Source of the DNA: Bdellovibrionota bacterium
GTDB lineage: Bacteria; Bdellovibrionota_G; JALEGL01; DATDPG01
DNA: 64,000 nucleotides
Reading direction: 5' to 3'
Assembly: GCA_963668355.1 (NCBI GenBank)
Contig: OY764265.1
Span: 544,001 to 608,000, forward strand
Made by a program: the position numbers and the translations under genes. The notes below the pieces were generated by a model that searched no databases, was not told the DNA's origin, and saw only the letters and a list, made by a program, of their open reading frames with translations. Shown here in pieces: positions 1 through 8,713 of the stretch (the first letter of the stretch is position 1; each line of letters begins with the position of its first letter).

Positions 1-1271
1 CCTCTGGCATCCAATCGTCCTCGATCAACCCCTTTGGATACCAAGTAATCCACGACGGAGTTCGCTCGTTGGTCCGAAACCTTCAGATTGATTTGTTCTG
101 AGCCGGAGCTATCCGTATGCCCTTGGACCTCAACTCGAACTTTCGGGAATTTATTTAACTCTTCCGCGACTCCATCCAGAATCGTCTGAGAGTTGAGCGT
201 CAAGTCGGCTGATCCCGTCTTGAAGTTCACACCCTGCAATACACCTCTGGCCAAACTGACTTTTGGACAACCCATGGCATCAATGTCTTTTCCAGCTTCG
301 GTATTGGGACATTGGTCCAAATGATCGGGTACGCCATCCTTATCTGTATCCAATGGACAACCCTTTTCATCTACGGGTGTTCCCGCAGGAGTATCCGGAC
401 ATTGGTCTTTGTCATCTGAAACACCATCGGTGTCTTTATCCTTGGGACAGCCTTTTCCGTCCACAGGCATTCCTGCCGGTGTTCCTTCACATTGGTCCGC
501 TCCATCGGGAACCGCGTCCCCATCTGAATCCATCGTGCATCCTTTTTCATTCACCTTAAGTCCCTTGATGGTTCGAGCACATTGATCGATGCCATCAAAG
601 ACGCCATCTCCATCGGAGTCACTGGGGCAACCTTCAGGATTCACAGTCGCACCCTTAGGGGTTTCGGCACAGGCATCCTTTTTATCCGGAATCCCGTCGC
701 CATCCGTATCGGCGGGCGGTTTGCCACCAAACAAATAGGTTAATCCAAACATCGCTTCATAATTGTATTGTCGAGCATCCAATTCGCTGACTTCCGTGTA
801 GACAAATCGACCATCCAATCGAGCGGCCAAGTAATCGGTAAGAAAGACGCGTAAACCACCCCCCGCATTCACGCCCAAGTCGTTGGACTTGAAGGATCCA
901 TTAACTTTTGTGTATTCCCAACCTAAACCGCCTGTGAGAAACGGTCGAAGTCGTTTGCCCGGCAGGAAGTTATATAAGAGGTTAAATCGAAGTGCGCGAA
1001 GACTGGCACCGTTATTCGTCCCCGTCGCTCGATCCGTATCGGTCCACAACATTTGATAAGAAGGTTCAAAACTCCAATTTTCTTCGAAAAAGTATCCCAG
1101 CCTGACTCCGTACAGAAGGTTCTGCTCGATGTTGTGAGATCCGTAATCGCTGAAAAACGCATATCCCACATAAGGTCCTACTTCGAAATCTCCCTGCTGA
1201 CCTCTTTCAGCAAAGACGGGTAAAGAAAATGAAAGCGTGATTGCAACTGCAAGCGCAAACCGTTTGAACAT
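1..1271 (-). CDS. OmpA/OprF-family outer membrane protein (beta-barrel + thrombospondin type-3 repeats + OmpA_C); 3' end runs off the window
   Basis: Translated by hand (absent from the ORF track). MFKRFALAVAITLSFSLPVFA signal peptide, beta-barrel, DxDGDGxxDxxDxC repeats, then VNFKTGSADL...VEVQGHTDSSGSEQINLKVSDQRANSVVDYL (OmpA_C motif). Confidence 0.93.
   Translation of the reverse strand, partial: MFKRFALAVAITLSFSLPVFAERGQQGDFEVGPYVGYAFFSDYGSHNIEQNLLYGVRLGYFFEENWSFEPSYQMLWTDTDRATGTNNGASLRALRFNLLYNFLPGKRLRPFLTGGLGWEYTKVNGSFKSNDLGVNAGGGLRVFLTDYLAARLDGRFVYTEVSELDARQYNYEAMFGLTYLFGGKPPADTDGDGIPDKKDACAETPKGATVNPEGCPSDSDGDGVFDGIDQCARTIKGLKVNEKGCTMDSDGDAVPDGADQCEGTPAGMPVDGKGCPKDKDTDGVSDDKDQCPDTPAGTPVDEKGCPLDTDKDGVPDHLDQCPNTEAGKDIDAMGCPKVSLARGVLQGVNFKTGSADLTLNSQTILDGVAEELNKFPKVRVEVQGHTDSSGSEQINLKVSDQRANSVVDYLVSKGVDRGRLDAR
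261..710 (-). repeat. Five ~90-bp (30-aa) coding repeats of TSP3 Ca-binding type within the OmpA gene
   Basis: DTDGDGIPDKKDAC...GCPS / DSDGDGVFDGIDQC...GCTM / DSDGDAVPDGADQC...GCPK / DKDTDGVSDDKDQC...GCPL / DTDKDGVPDHLDQC...GCP. Confidence 0.85.
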
Positions 1272-1452
1272 ACTTAAGTCCTTTCACCAAAAAACTGATG
1301 TGACCGCGAATTGAGACTCTTTTATGCTATGGAAACCAAATGAAGTCAATGGGTTAGCATGCTTGGCCGCTTTTCCCGCCCCCAAAGGGCTTTGGGAATA
1401 AAAATATTTTCTCCTAAATTGTAACCAAATTAGTTCTATTTCGAATAAAGCA

Positions 1453-2166
1453 ATGAAGGAGTCCGAGATGAACGTAATTCGAAGTCAAGAACGAGGGTCA
1501 TTTAACAACGAATGGTTGAAAACCTTTCATTCCTTTTCGTTTGCTGGGTATCACAACCCAGAACGAATGAATTTTGGGGATTTGAGAGCCATCAATGAGG
1601 ATTTCATTCAACCGGGTGAAGGCTTTGATCCACATCTTCACAAAAACATGGAAATCATTACGTATGTTTCTGCGGGTGCATTGGCCCATCGAGACAGCAT
1701 CGGAAATGGTTCCGCCATTTACCCCAGTGAAGTGCAGTACATGAGTGCTGGAGCGGGTGTCACACATAGCGAATACAATTCATCGGAAAAAGAGATCACC
1801 CATATTCATCAAATCTGGATCGTGCCCAACCAGATGAATGCCAAACCCCGTTACGATCAAAAGGCTTTCCGAAGAGAAGAAAAAAAGAATCGGTTTTGTC
1901 GAATTGCTTCTCCGGACGGAAGAGAGGGTTCCATCTCCATTCGCCAAGACGCTCATATGTTCGCGACGGTCTTGGAATCCAGGCAAGAATTAACCTACAA
2001 GCTCAAACCCGGCCGAAAAGTTTGGATCCAAGTCATCAAAGGGAACCTCTTTGCAAACGGAGAGGAGCTTTCTGCGGGAGATGGCGTCGGCATTCCGAAC
2101 CATACGAAGATTGAGTTCAAGGGAAATGGAACAGAGTCCGAATTTCTCTTATTTGATTTGCGTTAA
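1453..2166 (+). CDS. Pirin family protein (YhhW-like bicupin)
   Basis: WLKTFHSFSFAGY, GFDPHLHKNMEIITYV, VQYMSAGAGVTHSEYN, QIWI, EFLLFDL. Confidence 0.95.
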   Translation: MKESEMNVIRSQERGSFNNEWLKTFHSFSFAGYHNPERMNFGDLRAINEDFIQPGEGFDPHLHKNMEIITYVSAGALAHRDSIGNGSAIYPSEVQYMSAGAGVTHSEYNSSEKEITHIHQIWIVPNQMNAKPRYDQKAFRREEKKNRFCRIASPDGREGSISIRQDAHMFATVLESRQELTYKLKPGRKVWIQVIKGNLFANGEELSAGDGVGIPNHTKIEFKGNGTESEFLLFDLR

Positions 2167-3462
2167 CTAAATAAGCAAGCCGGCAATGCAGGCGCTGGTG
2201 CAAGAAGCCAACGCCCCGGCAAACATGGCCCGCAAACCGATGGAAGCCAAATCACTGCGACGCTCCGGCGCAATGCCGCCTATGCCTCCCAGCTGAATGC
2301 CGATGGAACCCACATTGGCAAACCCACAGAGTGCGTAGGAGGCAATGACCATCGTTCTTTCCGATATCGCCCCCCCGGATGACAACTCTTGGAGTTTTGC
2401 ATACGCCACAAACTCATTGATCATGAGTTTGCTTCCCAATAAATCTCCCATGGCGGCACAATCGGTCCAAGGAACCCCAAGCAAAAAAGCAAAAGGAGAT
2501 AAGACCTTTCCAAACACCCAAGAAAGCGAAAGCTCGGGTAAACCAATAAAGCCTCCGCACCACCCCAAAAGGCCATTCAAGAGCGCCACAATCGCCAAAA
2601 AGGCAATGAGCATGGCGGCCACATTGATGGCCAAAGACACGCCTTGAGAAGCCCCCGAAGCCGCCGCATCGATCACGTTGGTTGTCTCCGGTTTGTAATC
2701 ACTCTCAACGCCACCCGCAGTTACTGGCTCCTCGGTTTCTGGATAAAACACTTTGGCCAAAGCCAGAGCTGCTGGAGCCGCCATAATGCTGGCCGCCATC
2801 AGATGTCCGGCAATCGTGGGAATCTGAGCTTTGAGCATCGCCACGTATGCAGCCAACACGCCACCCGCCACCGTAGCAAACCCTCCCGTCATGATGGCCA
2901 TGAGTTCGGATTTGGTCATTTCTTTGACGTAAGGACGAACGACCAAAGGGGCCTCGGTTTGTCCGACGAAAATATTTGCAGAAGCCGACAAAGACTCTGC
3001 GCCACTGGTTTTCATGGACTTCGCCATCACCCAAGCCACGGCTCTGACCACTTTTTGAACCCAGCCCAAATGATACAAAATGGCCATGAACGCCGAGAAG
3101 AAAATGATCGTCGGCAAAACAGAAAAGGCAAAAAACGCTCCAGTCTGTGCGACCAGTCCCTGAGCCGATTCAACATTGGCACCCGGGACCTGCCCCGTCA
3201 CCGGAACGTTGTGATTTGTAAGATTTCCAAAAACAAAACTGGCCCCTGCCTGCGTGTAGTCCAAAAAAGAAATGACAACGTCATTGACCGCGGAAAAAAA
3301 ACCTCGACCCACGGCTGTTTTCAACACGATTAGGGCCAAAACAAATTGCAAACCGAATCCCCAGGCCACGGATTTCCATCGGATCGCTTTCCGGTTGTGA
3401 CTAAAAACAAACGCGATGAGAATGATGAAGAGCAAGCCCAACAATGAGATGAAACGTTCCAT
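2167..3462 (-). CDS. nupC: CNT-family (NupC) cation/nucleoside symporter
   Basis: FAFSVLPTIIFFS, ANIFVGQTEAPL, GGFATVAG, KLMINEFVAY, YALCGFAN. Confidence 0.95.
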   Translation of the reverse strand: MERFISLLGLLFIILIAFVFSHNRKAIRWKSVAWGFGLQFVLALIVLKTAVGRGFFSAVNDVVISFLDYTQAGASFVFGNLTNHNVPVTGQVPGANVESAQGLVAQTGAFFAFSVLPTIIFFSAFMAILYHLGWVQKVVRAVAWVMAKSMKTSGAESLSASANIFVGQTEAPLVVRPYVKEMTKSELMAIMTGGFATVAGGVLAAYVAMLKAQIPTIAGHLMAASIMAAPAALALAKVFYPETEEPVTAGGVESDYKPETTNVIDAAASGASQGVSLAINVAAMLIAFLAIVALLNGLLGWCGGFIGLPELSLSWVFGKVLSPFAFLLGVPWTDCAAMGDLLGSKLMINEFVAYAKLQELSSGGAISERTMVIASYALCGFANVGSIGIQLGGIGGIAPERRSDLASIGLRAMFAGALASCTSACIAGLLI

Positions 3463-3532
3463 GAAAACCCCCTTTGACGCTCCTTAGCAGAGATCTTTCC
3501 GTTCTCCAAGATTCTCAACCTTGCTTAAGAGG

Positions 3533-3560
3533 TTGCAAAACAATGAGTTTTGACTAAATT
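3533..3560 (+). promoter_or_regulatory. Putative sigma70 promoter of the tRNA
   Basis: TTGCAA-N16-TAAATT followed by C-rich CTCCCC, about 60 bp upstream of the tRNA. Confidence 0.5.
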
Positions 3561-3619
3561 CTCCCCACCAATCGCTAGGATAAAGGATTACGTTTAAGGT
3601 TAATCCTTAATAGCTATTC

Positions 3620-3708
3620 GCCGGGGTGGTGGAATTGGTAGACACACAGGACTTAAAATCCTGAGGGAGGTGACTCCCGTGCCGGTTCGAGTCCGGCCCC
3701 CGGCACCA
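3620..3708 (+). tRNA. tRNA-Leu(TAA)
   Basis: GCCGGGG acceptor stem, GGAATTGGTAGAC D arm, CAGGA-CTTAAAA-TCCTG anticodon arm, long variable arm, GGTTCGAGTCC T arm, encoded CCA. Confidence 0.97.
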
Positions 3709-3821
3709 TCCGTCTTCGCCTCTTTGAGGCTACGCCGTGATGTTTACAGCAATATTCTGCTTTCTCAGCTTTTTTGTCCCGGCGAAGTGCCTTACACGTA
3801 GCCGGACCCCCGGCACCATCC
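3697..3821. mobile_element. Putative miniature or remnant element at the tRNA 3' end (att-like direct repeat around ~95 bp)
   Basis: CCCCCGGCACCATCC at 3697-3711 (tRNA end) recurs at 3807-3821; the interior holds two inverted CTTCG/CTACG hairpin units. Confidence 0.55.
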
Positions 3822-3878
3822 AACGTTTAAGGTTAACCTTAAACGTAATCCTTAACCTAAAACAACAGCCTCTTTTGG

Positions 3879-3905
3879 TTAAAAAACGACCGACTCGTTT
3901 TTTAA
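3879..3905 (+). terminator. AT-rich hairpin, possible terminator of the tRNA transcript
   Basis: TTAAAAAACGA-ccgac-TCGTTTTTTAA (11-bp stem). Confidence 0.45.
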
Positions 3906-3931
3906 AAAGGTTCATGATATGGAGCCGCGCT

Positions 3932-4765
3932 GTGAAGAAATTCCTCGTTATATTAGCTCTACTCGTAGCTCCTGGTTTTGGGTTGGCCTCCGAGAAAATT
4001 CCTGAATCCTGTGTCAAAGGGGGATTCGACCCTGTTACGGTTCCCGCTCCTGTGGATATTGATCGCGTTTTGAAAGATCTTCATGCTGTTCGTACAAAAG
4101 GAGGAAAACAAGCCCTGTCCAATTCAAAACAGCTAGACAAGGAAATCCGAGAGGTTTTCGACACAACGCAAATCAAAACCAAAATGGAACAGTTCTTCCG
4201 CTTGCTTTATGTGGTTTCGCGACACATTCATCCCGACATCAAACATCGCGTGGAGTTTAACCACAAAGATGCTCGCAAACTCCTCCTTTCAGCTACTGTA
4301 TTTTCCGACCCAAAGGTTCCCAATCACATCAATCGCATCCGTGTGGAACGAATTCGAACTGACCAGCCCAAATGGATCGTTGGGTTTGACCAACCCCGAA
4401 CCGATGTCGTGTTGAATAATGGGGAGGGCTTTTTCTTATACAAGAGCGGGAAATGCCAACATGCGAAAAAATTGATTTTTCGGAATCAATTTTCAGTGCA
4501 CTTGCGCATGCAATCTAATGGGAATTTGCTGGCTCAGTATTTCAAAGGTGTGGATCTCTTCGGAGATTTTGGGAACCGCGGCATTGTGGATGTAGACATT
4601 GAATACGTTGAGTTTCGAAAAGTGGAATTCTACAAGGGCACATTCAATGGAAAAGTAACGGCCTACGTGTCCGAGGAAGAATTCAAACAAAACGACCACA
4701 GCATGATCCTTCGATTCATCACACGATTTGTTCCGGACAATACGGTTCAACCCATTGATTGGTGA
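3932..4765 (+). CDS. Hypothetical exported protein
   Basis: A GTG start after GGAG gives the signal peptide MKKFLVILALLVAPGFGLA; the ORF-track upstream extension crosses non-coding repeats. Confidence 0.75.
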   Translation: MKKFLVILALLVAPGFGLASEKIPESCVKGGFDPVTVPAPVDIDRVLKDLHAVRTKGGKQALSNSKQLDKEIREVFDTTQIKTKMEQFFRLLYVVSRHIHPDIKHRVEFNHKDARKLLLSATVFSDPKVPNHINRIRVERIRTDQPKWIVGFDQPRTDVVLNNGEGFFLYKSGKCQHAKKLIFRNQFSVHLRMQSNGNLLAQYFKGVDLFGDFGNRGIVDVDIEYVEFRKVEFYKGTFNGKVTAYVSEEEFKQNDHSMILRFITRFVPDNTVQPIDW

Positions 4766-4838
4766 AATCGTCGTCCCATCCGCCCAAAAATCGGCATTTT
4801 GAATCTCCCTAACCAGTTAATTTTGAAGGAAATACCAT

Positions 4839-4853
4839 TGGTACAGCGATTGC
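4839..4853 (+). promoter_or_regulatory. sigma54 -24/-12 promoter
   Basis: TGGTACA-GCGA-TTGC (GG-N10-GC). Confidence 0.75.
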
Positions 4854-4890
4854 AGCCCTACTTTCCCACAAATCTTTTGGGAGAGGGATT

Positions 4891-6114
4891 ATGAAACCGT
4901 TTGGAAAAAATGGCTGCTTCGGAGCGACTTTGCTCGCACTCACAATTATTTCTTTTTCGAGCCCATCTTGGGCCAGCTATCTGAATTCGGTGTGTCAGTG
5001 CACCGCCACCTTCGGAGGTCAAAGTTTTTCAAGTGACCGCATGATTTCACGCATTCACCCAACCGACTCGTCTTCGGCGCTCGACAATTGTCGAAACCGT
5101 GAACTTCTTTGCAAGGCCAAGTGCACTTTTTTCGGGGCCCGTCGGATCCTCATAGGAATGAAGGCAAAAATGCTACCGGGAACACGAACACCACAGATTC
5201 GCATCATGAATACCTCCGTTAGAGAGTTTCTCGACGACTTACTTAACCCTATGGGAATCCGCCAATCCCTCAATGGGAAAAACGGACTCTTTATGGACCT
5301 ATTGCTTCAAGGTAAGGGAGTGACGACCACCATCACGAATCAAATGATGATGGATTGGAATCAAGTCTGGACACAGAATGTGGGAAGGGAAATTCCTCGC
5401 GGGAAGCCCATTGACATTCGAACCCGGTTTCAATGCAAAGACGATGATGGCTCAGGGGGAAAAGGCATCGAATATGAACGTGAATTCAACCAAGTGATTG
5501 AACCCCGTTTGGTCGAAAAGCATTGGCCCCAATTGGAAATGAATGGGCGTCGATTGGTGCTCGACCTAAATCAGGTTTTCCAACCGGTATCGTTCACAAC
5601 GGCCGCACCGGAATCTGTCAATCCTCTCCACAACCAACCATTCTACGTAGAGAAACGGGGTAAACCCGTAAAGGAACAGATGGAGGATCTCAAACAAGAG
5701 TGGAACGACGTTCAACAGCAATTGCAAAACGCACCTTGGTGGGCGAAAGCCGGAGTCTCGGCCTTGGCGGCAGGTCTCATTGTCTGGAAAGTTGGAGGCG
5801 CCATTCCCACAGGAGGGCTTTCCCTCGCTGAACCAGGCACCCCCGCATTAGCCATGGCCGGGATCTCGGCCATCATGGTCGTTGCCGGTGTCGCTGCAAC
5901 TCCCAATCGGGCTTCAGCCACTTTGCTACCGGAAGAACACGTTGAGGTGACATCCTTTGAAAAGCAGAAAGATGGATTTTTCGGAACAGTACTTCTAAAG
6001 GATGGTCTTGAAATGCACTTCGAATTAAACGAGAGTGGCTTTCGCGCATCTGCGAATCATTGGGAATGCTCCTCTGTTGATCCTCAAGCGGCTTCTTGTG
6101 TCGAAAGAGACTAA
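4891..6114 (+). CDS. Hypothetical exported protein with Cys-rich N-terminus and Gly/Ala-rich hydrophobic hairpin
   Basis: Signal peptide ending SPSWA; CQC...C...C...C; WWAKAGVSALAAGLIVWKVGGAIPTGGLSLA...AMAGISAIMVVAGVAA. Confidence 0.8.
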   Translation: MKPFGKNGCFGATLLALTIISFSSPSWASYLNSVCQCTATFGGQSFSSDRMISRIHPTDSSSALDNCRNRELLCKAKCTFFGARRILIGMKAKMLPGTRTPQIRIMNTSVREFLDDLLNPMGIRQSLNGKNGLFMDLLLQGKGVTTTITNQMMMDWNQVWTQNVGREIPRGKPIDIRTRFQCKDDDGSGGKGIEYEREFNQVIEPRLVEKHWPQLEMNGRRLVLDLNQVFQPVSFTTAAPESVNPLHNQPFYVEKRGKPVKEQMEDLKQEWNDVQQQLQNAPWWAKAGVSALAAGLIVWKVGGAIPTGGLSLAEPGTPALAMAGISAIMVVAGVAATPNRASATLLPEEHVEVTSFEKQKDGFFGTVLLKDGLEMHFELNESGFRASANHWECSSVDPQAASCVERD

Positions 6115-7478
6115 ATCACGCCGATCTTGTTGAGAAAAACAAGAATCAAGCCTACGGGTGTGACAAATCGCAGAAAAAAGAGCCAAAGCCGATAGGACCA
6201 CCAAAAGGGAGCTTTGATGGAAAATTCTTTATGGCGAATATCATCCGGGAAAGCCCACCCACAAAAGGCTGCAATCAATAAGCCTCCCATCGGCAACAAC
6301 CAATTCGACGCAAGATAATCCATGCTATCAAACAAATTCATTCCCAAGACGGGAACTCTCACATCCGCCAAAAGGCCTCCGGAGAGAGCCGGGAAAATGC
6401 CCAACAGAAAAATGACTCCGCCTGCGACCAAACTGCCTGTATGACGTTTTACAATCTTGGAATCCACAACATAAGCAATGCCAACTTCCAGAAGGGAAAT
6501 GGCGGACGTCAACGCAGCCACAAACAACAACAGGAAAAACAAGATGGAGACAATGTAACCTCCAGGCATCTTAGAAAACACGACGGGAAGCGTTTGAAAC
6601 ACCAATCCTGGACCGGAAGCGGGCTCAAGGCCATGAGAAAATACAATGGGAAAAATGACTAGGCCTGCCAAGAGGGCAATGAGTGTATCGAAGCCAACCA
6701 CGGCAATGGCCGGCCGAGCCACATCGACGTCTTTTTGCAAGTAGCTGCCATAGGTCATCATGGCTCCCATTCCAAGGGAGAGGGAAAAGAAACCTTGCCC
6801 AACCGCTTCCAAAATTCCCGTAGCGTTCAATTTGGAAAAATCTGGATAAAACAGAAACCGGATTCCTTGAGCTGCCCCTGGGGAAAGCAAGGAATTCACC
6901 AATAACACGAGGAGTAGAACGAAAAGCAAGGGCATCAAAAATTTCGTAGATTTCTCAATACCGCCTTTTAGGCCTCGCCAAATGATTCCAGTCGTCAAGA
7001 CCATCACGATGAAATGCCAGAAGAGATTCATGGATCCGTTGGCGTAGAGCTGAGAAAAATACCCCGATACCCTTTCCGAACCCTCTCCGACAAATTTTCC
7101 CATCACAGAGAGATACAAGTAGTGCAGGGTCCAACCCGCCACAACGCTGTAATACGAAAGGATCAAGAAAGCCGCCGAAATGGTCAGAACCCCAACATAT
7201 CTCCATCGACTCCGCTCACCTTTGATTTTCTTAAACGCAGGAATGGGAGAAAGTTGGGTACTCTTTCCAACCATGATTTCAGCGGCCATGAGTGGCAGCC
7301 CCACCAACAAGATCGTCAGGAGGTACACCAACACAAACGCCCCGCCTCCATACTTTCCCGTTACGTAGGGGAACTTCCAAATATTTCCTAAACCAATTGC
7401 ACTTCCAGCAGCCGCCAACACAAAGGCAAATTTTGAACCCCAGTGGGGACGTTGCGGTTTGGAAGGTTCAATATCCAT
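6111..7478 (-). CDS. NSS/SLC6-family sodium-dependent transporter
   Basis: GSAIGLGNIWKFPY, GGGAF, YYSVVAGW, FFSLSLGMG, GPGLVF, AALTSAISLLE. Confidence 0.95.
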   Translation of the reverse strand: MDIEPSKPQRPHWGSKFAFVLAAAGSAIGLGNIWKFPYVTGKYGGGAFVLVYLLTILLVGLPLMAAEIMVGKSTQLSPIPAFKKIKGERSRWRYVGVLTISAAFLILSYYSVVAGWTLHYLYLSVMGKFVGEGSERVSGYFSQLYANGSMNLFWHFIVMVLTTGIIWRGLKGGIEKSTKFLMPLLFVLLLVLLVNSLLSPGAAQGIRFLFYPDFSKLNATGILEAVGQGFFSLSLGMGAMMTYGSYLQKDVDVARPAIAVVGFDTLIALLAGLVIFPIVFSHGLEPASGPGLVFQTLPVVFSKMPGGYIVSILFFLLLFVAALTSAISLLEVGIAYVVDSKIVKRHTGSLVAGGVIFLLGIFPALSGGLLADVRVPVLGMNLFDSMDYLASNWLLPMGGLLIAAFCGWAFPDDIRHKEFSIKAPFWWSYRLWLFFLRFVTPVGLILVFLNKIGVI

Positions 7479-7485
7479 AGAATCC

Positions 7486-8646
7486 CTAAGGCATGACTTG
7501 TTGAAGATACTTTCGTTCTCCGTTGCTCACTTGAAACACCAGTGCCGGTTTGATGGCATCTCGGTTCTCATCTAGCGTGATGGACCCCGTGACACCCGGA
7601 AAATCTTTCGTCTTAGCGATTGTATTTTTGAGCACGGTTCGATCCAAATTCGGAACTTTTTTCAGACTTTCCAGCAATACGCGTGTGGCATCGTATCCAA
7701 GAGCAGCCAAAGCGTCTGGAACCACGCGAAAGCGATTCTTAAATTTTTTCACAAACGTACGAAGCCTCGAATCTCCGGTATGAGGCCAATAATGCCCAGT
7801 GTAATAGCTCCCTTCGAGAATGTCTTTCTGGGATTGAAAGAAATCCGTCGCATCCCACCCGTCGCTTCCCGCAAAAGGAAGGTCAATATTCATTTTTCGT
7901 GCCTGCCCTACGACCAAGCCAATTTCAGAATAATACCCGGGGAGATAAATCAGCTCCGGTTTGGATTTTCGAATGCGATTAAGGGATTTCGAAAAATCAA
8001 CACTTCCCGAACGATAGGATTGCACCGTCGTGATCTCGCCCCCCAACTCCACAAACTTCTCTTTGAAATACTCGGCCAAGCTCACGCTGTATTCATTGGT
8101 TTGGTTTTTTAAAATGGCGACGCGTTTTTTCTTCAAGACATCCTTCACAAAACGGGCCATCACGGCACCTTGAAAAGGATCAATGAAGCAAACCCGAAAA
8201 ATATAATCTCCCACCTGAGTGACTTTGGGATGCGTCGAACTCGGGCTGATCAAAGGCGTTTGATGTGCCTGGGCAATGGGAGCCATGGCCAATGACCGAG
8301 AACTCGCCACCGAGCCCAACACGGCCATGACATGATGGCTTTCAATGAGCTCCTGAATGGATTTCTTAGCCCCCTCCACGGATCCACGACTGTCTTTTAG
8401 AAAGAGTTGAACGTTTCTTCCCTGAATCCCACCCTTCGCATTCACTTCTTCAATCGCCAGCTCAATGCCCCGGCGAGTTCCTTCTCCAAACCGGGATTCA
8501 CTTCCTGTCAGAGCCAAAACAGCCCCAATTTTCAACGCATTGGTGTTCCCAACGTCCGCTCTTCCCCAAGAAGAAGAGGCCGTCCCTGCGAGAAAAACGA
8601 AAAACAAAACAAGCCCAATGACCGATCGACTCAAATGCGAAAACAA
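7486..8646 (-). CDS. Branched-chain amino acid-type periplasmic binding protein (LivK/LivJ family)
   Basis: Signal peptide; LKIGAVLALTG, GIELAIEEVNAKGG, YIFRVCFIDPFQG, FPGVTGSITLDENRD. Confidence 0.92.
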   Translation of the reverse strand: MFSHLSRSVIGLVLFFVFLAGTASSSWGRADVGNTNALKIGAVLALTGSESRFGEGTRRGIELAIEEVNAKGGIQGRNVQLFLKDSRGSVEGAKKSIQELIESHHVMAVLGSVASSRSLAMAPIAQAHQTPLISPSSTHPKVTQVGDYIFRVCFIDPFQGAVMARFVKDVLKKKRVAILKNQTNEYSVSLAEYFKEKFVELGGEITTVQSYRSGSVDFSKSLNRIRKSKPELIYLPGYYSEIGLVVGQARKMNIDLPFAGSDGWDATDFFQSQKDILEGSYYTGHYWPHTGDSRLRTFVKKFKNRFRVVPDALAALGYDATRVLLESLKKVPNLDRTVLKNTIAKTKDFPGVTGSITLDENRDAIKPALVFQVSNGERKYLQQVMP

Positions 8647-8713
8647 GGGACCCCCTCACATGTCATGTCCATACATTTCATTTGTTTGGCGGCTAAGAGC
8701 CGCAATTTGGTCA

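Larger units (their letters stand above)
3583..3853. repeat. Perfect 21-bp inverted repeat bracketing tRNA-Leu; the downstream arm overlaps a perfect 24-bp palindrome
   Basis: AAGGATTACGTTTAAGGTTAA (3583-3603) vs TTAACCTTAAACGTAATCCTT (3833-3853); palindrome ACGTTTAAGGTTAACCTTAAACGT (3823-3846). Confidence 0.9.

Noticed and set aside
261..710. Periodic repeats as a possible CRISPR array
   Set aside because: They are degenerate in-frame 90-bp TSP3 coding repeats within the OmpA gene. No identical repeats with unique spacers and no cas genes.
3737..3931. N-terminal extension of the 342-aa ORF
   Set aside because: It runs through the tRNA-end duplicate, palindrome and hairpin. The GTG at 3932 has an RBS and gives a clean signal peptide.
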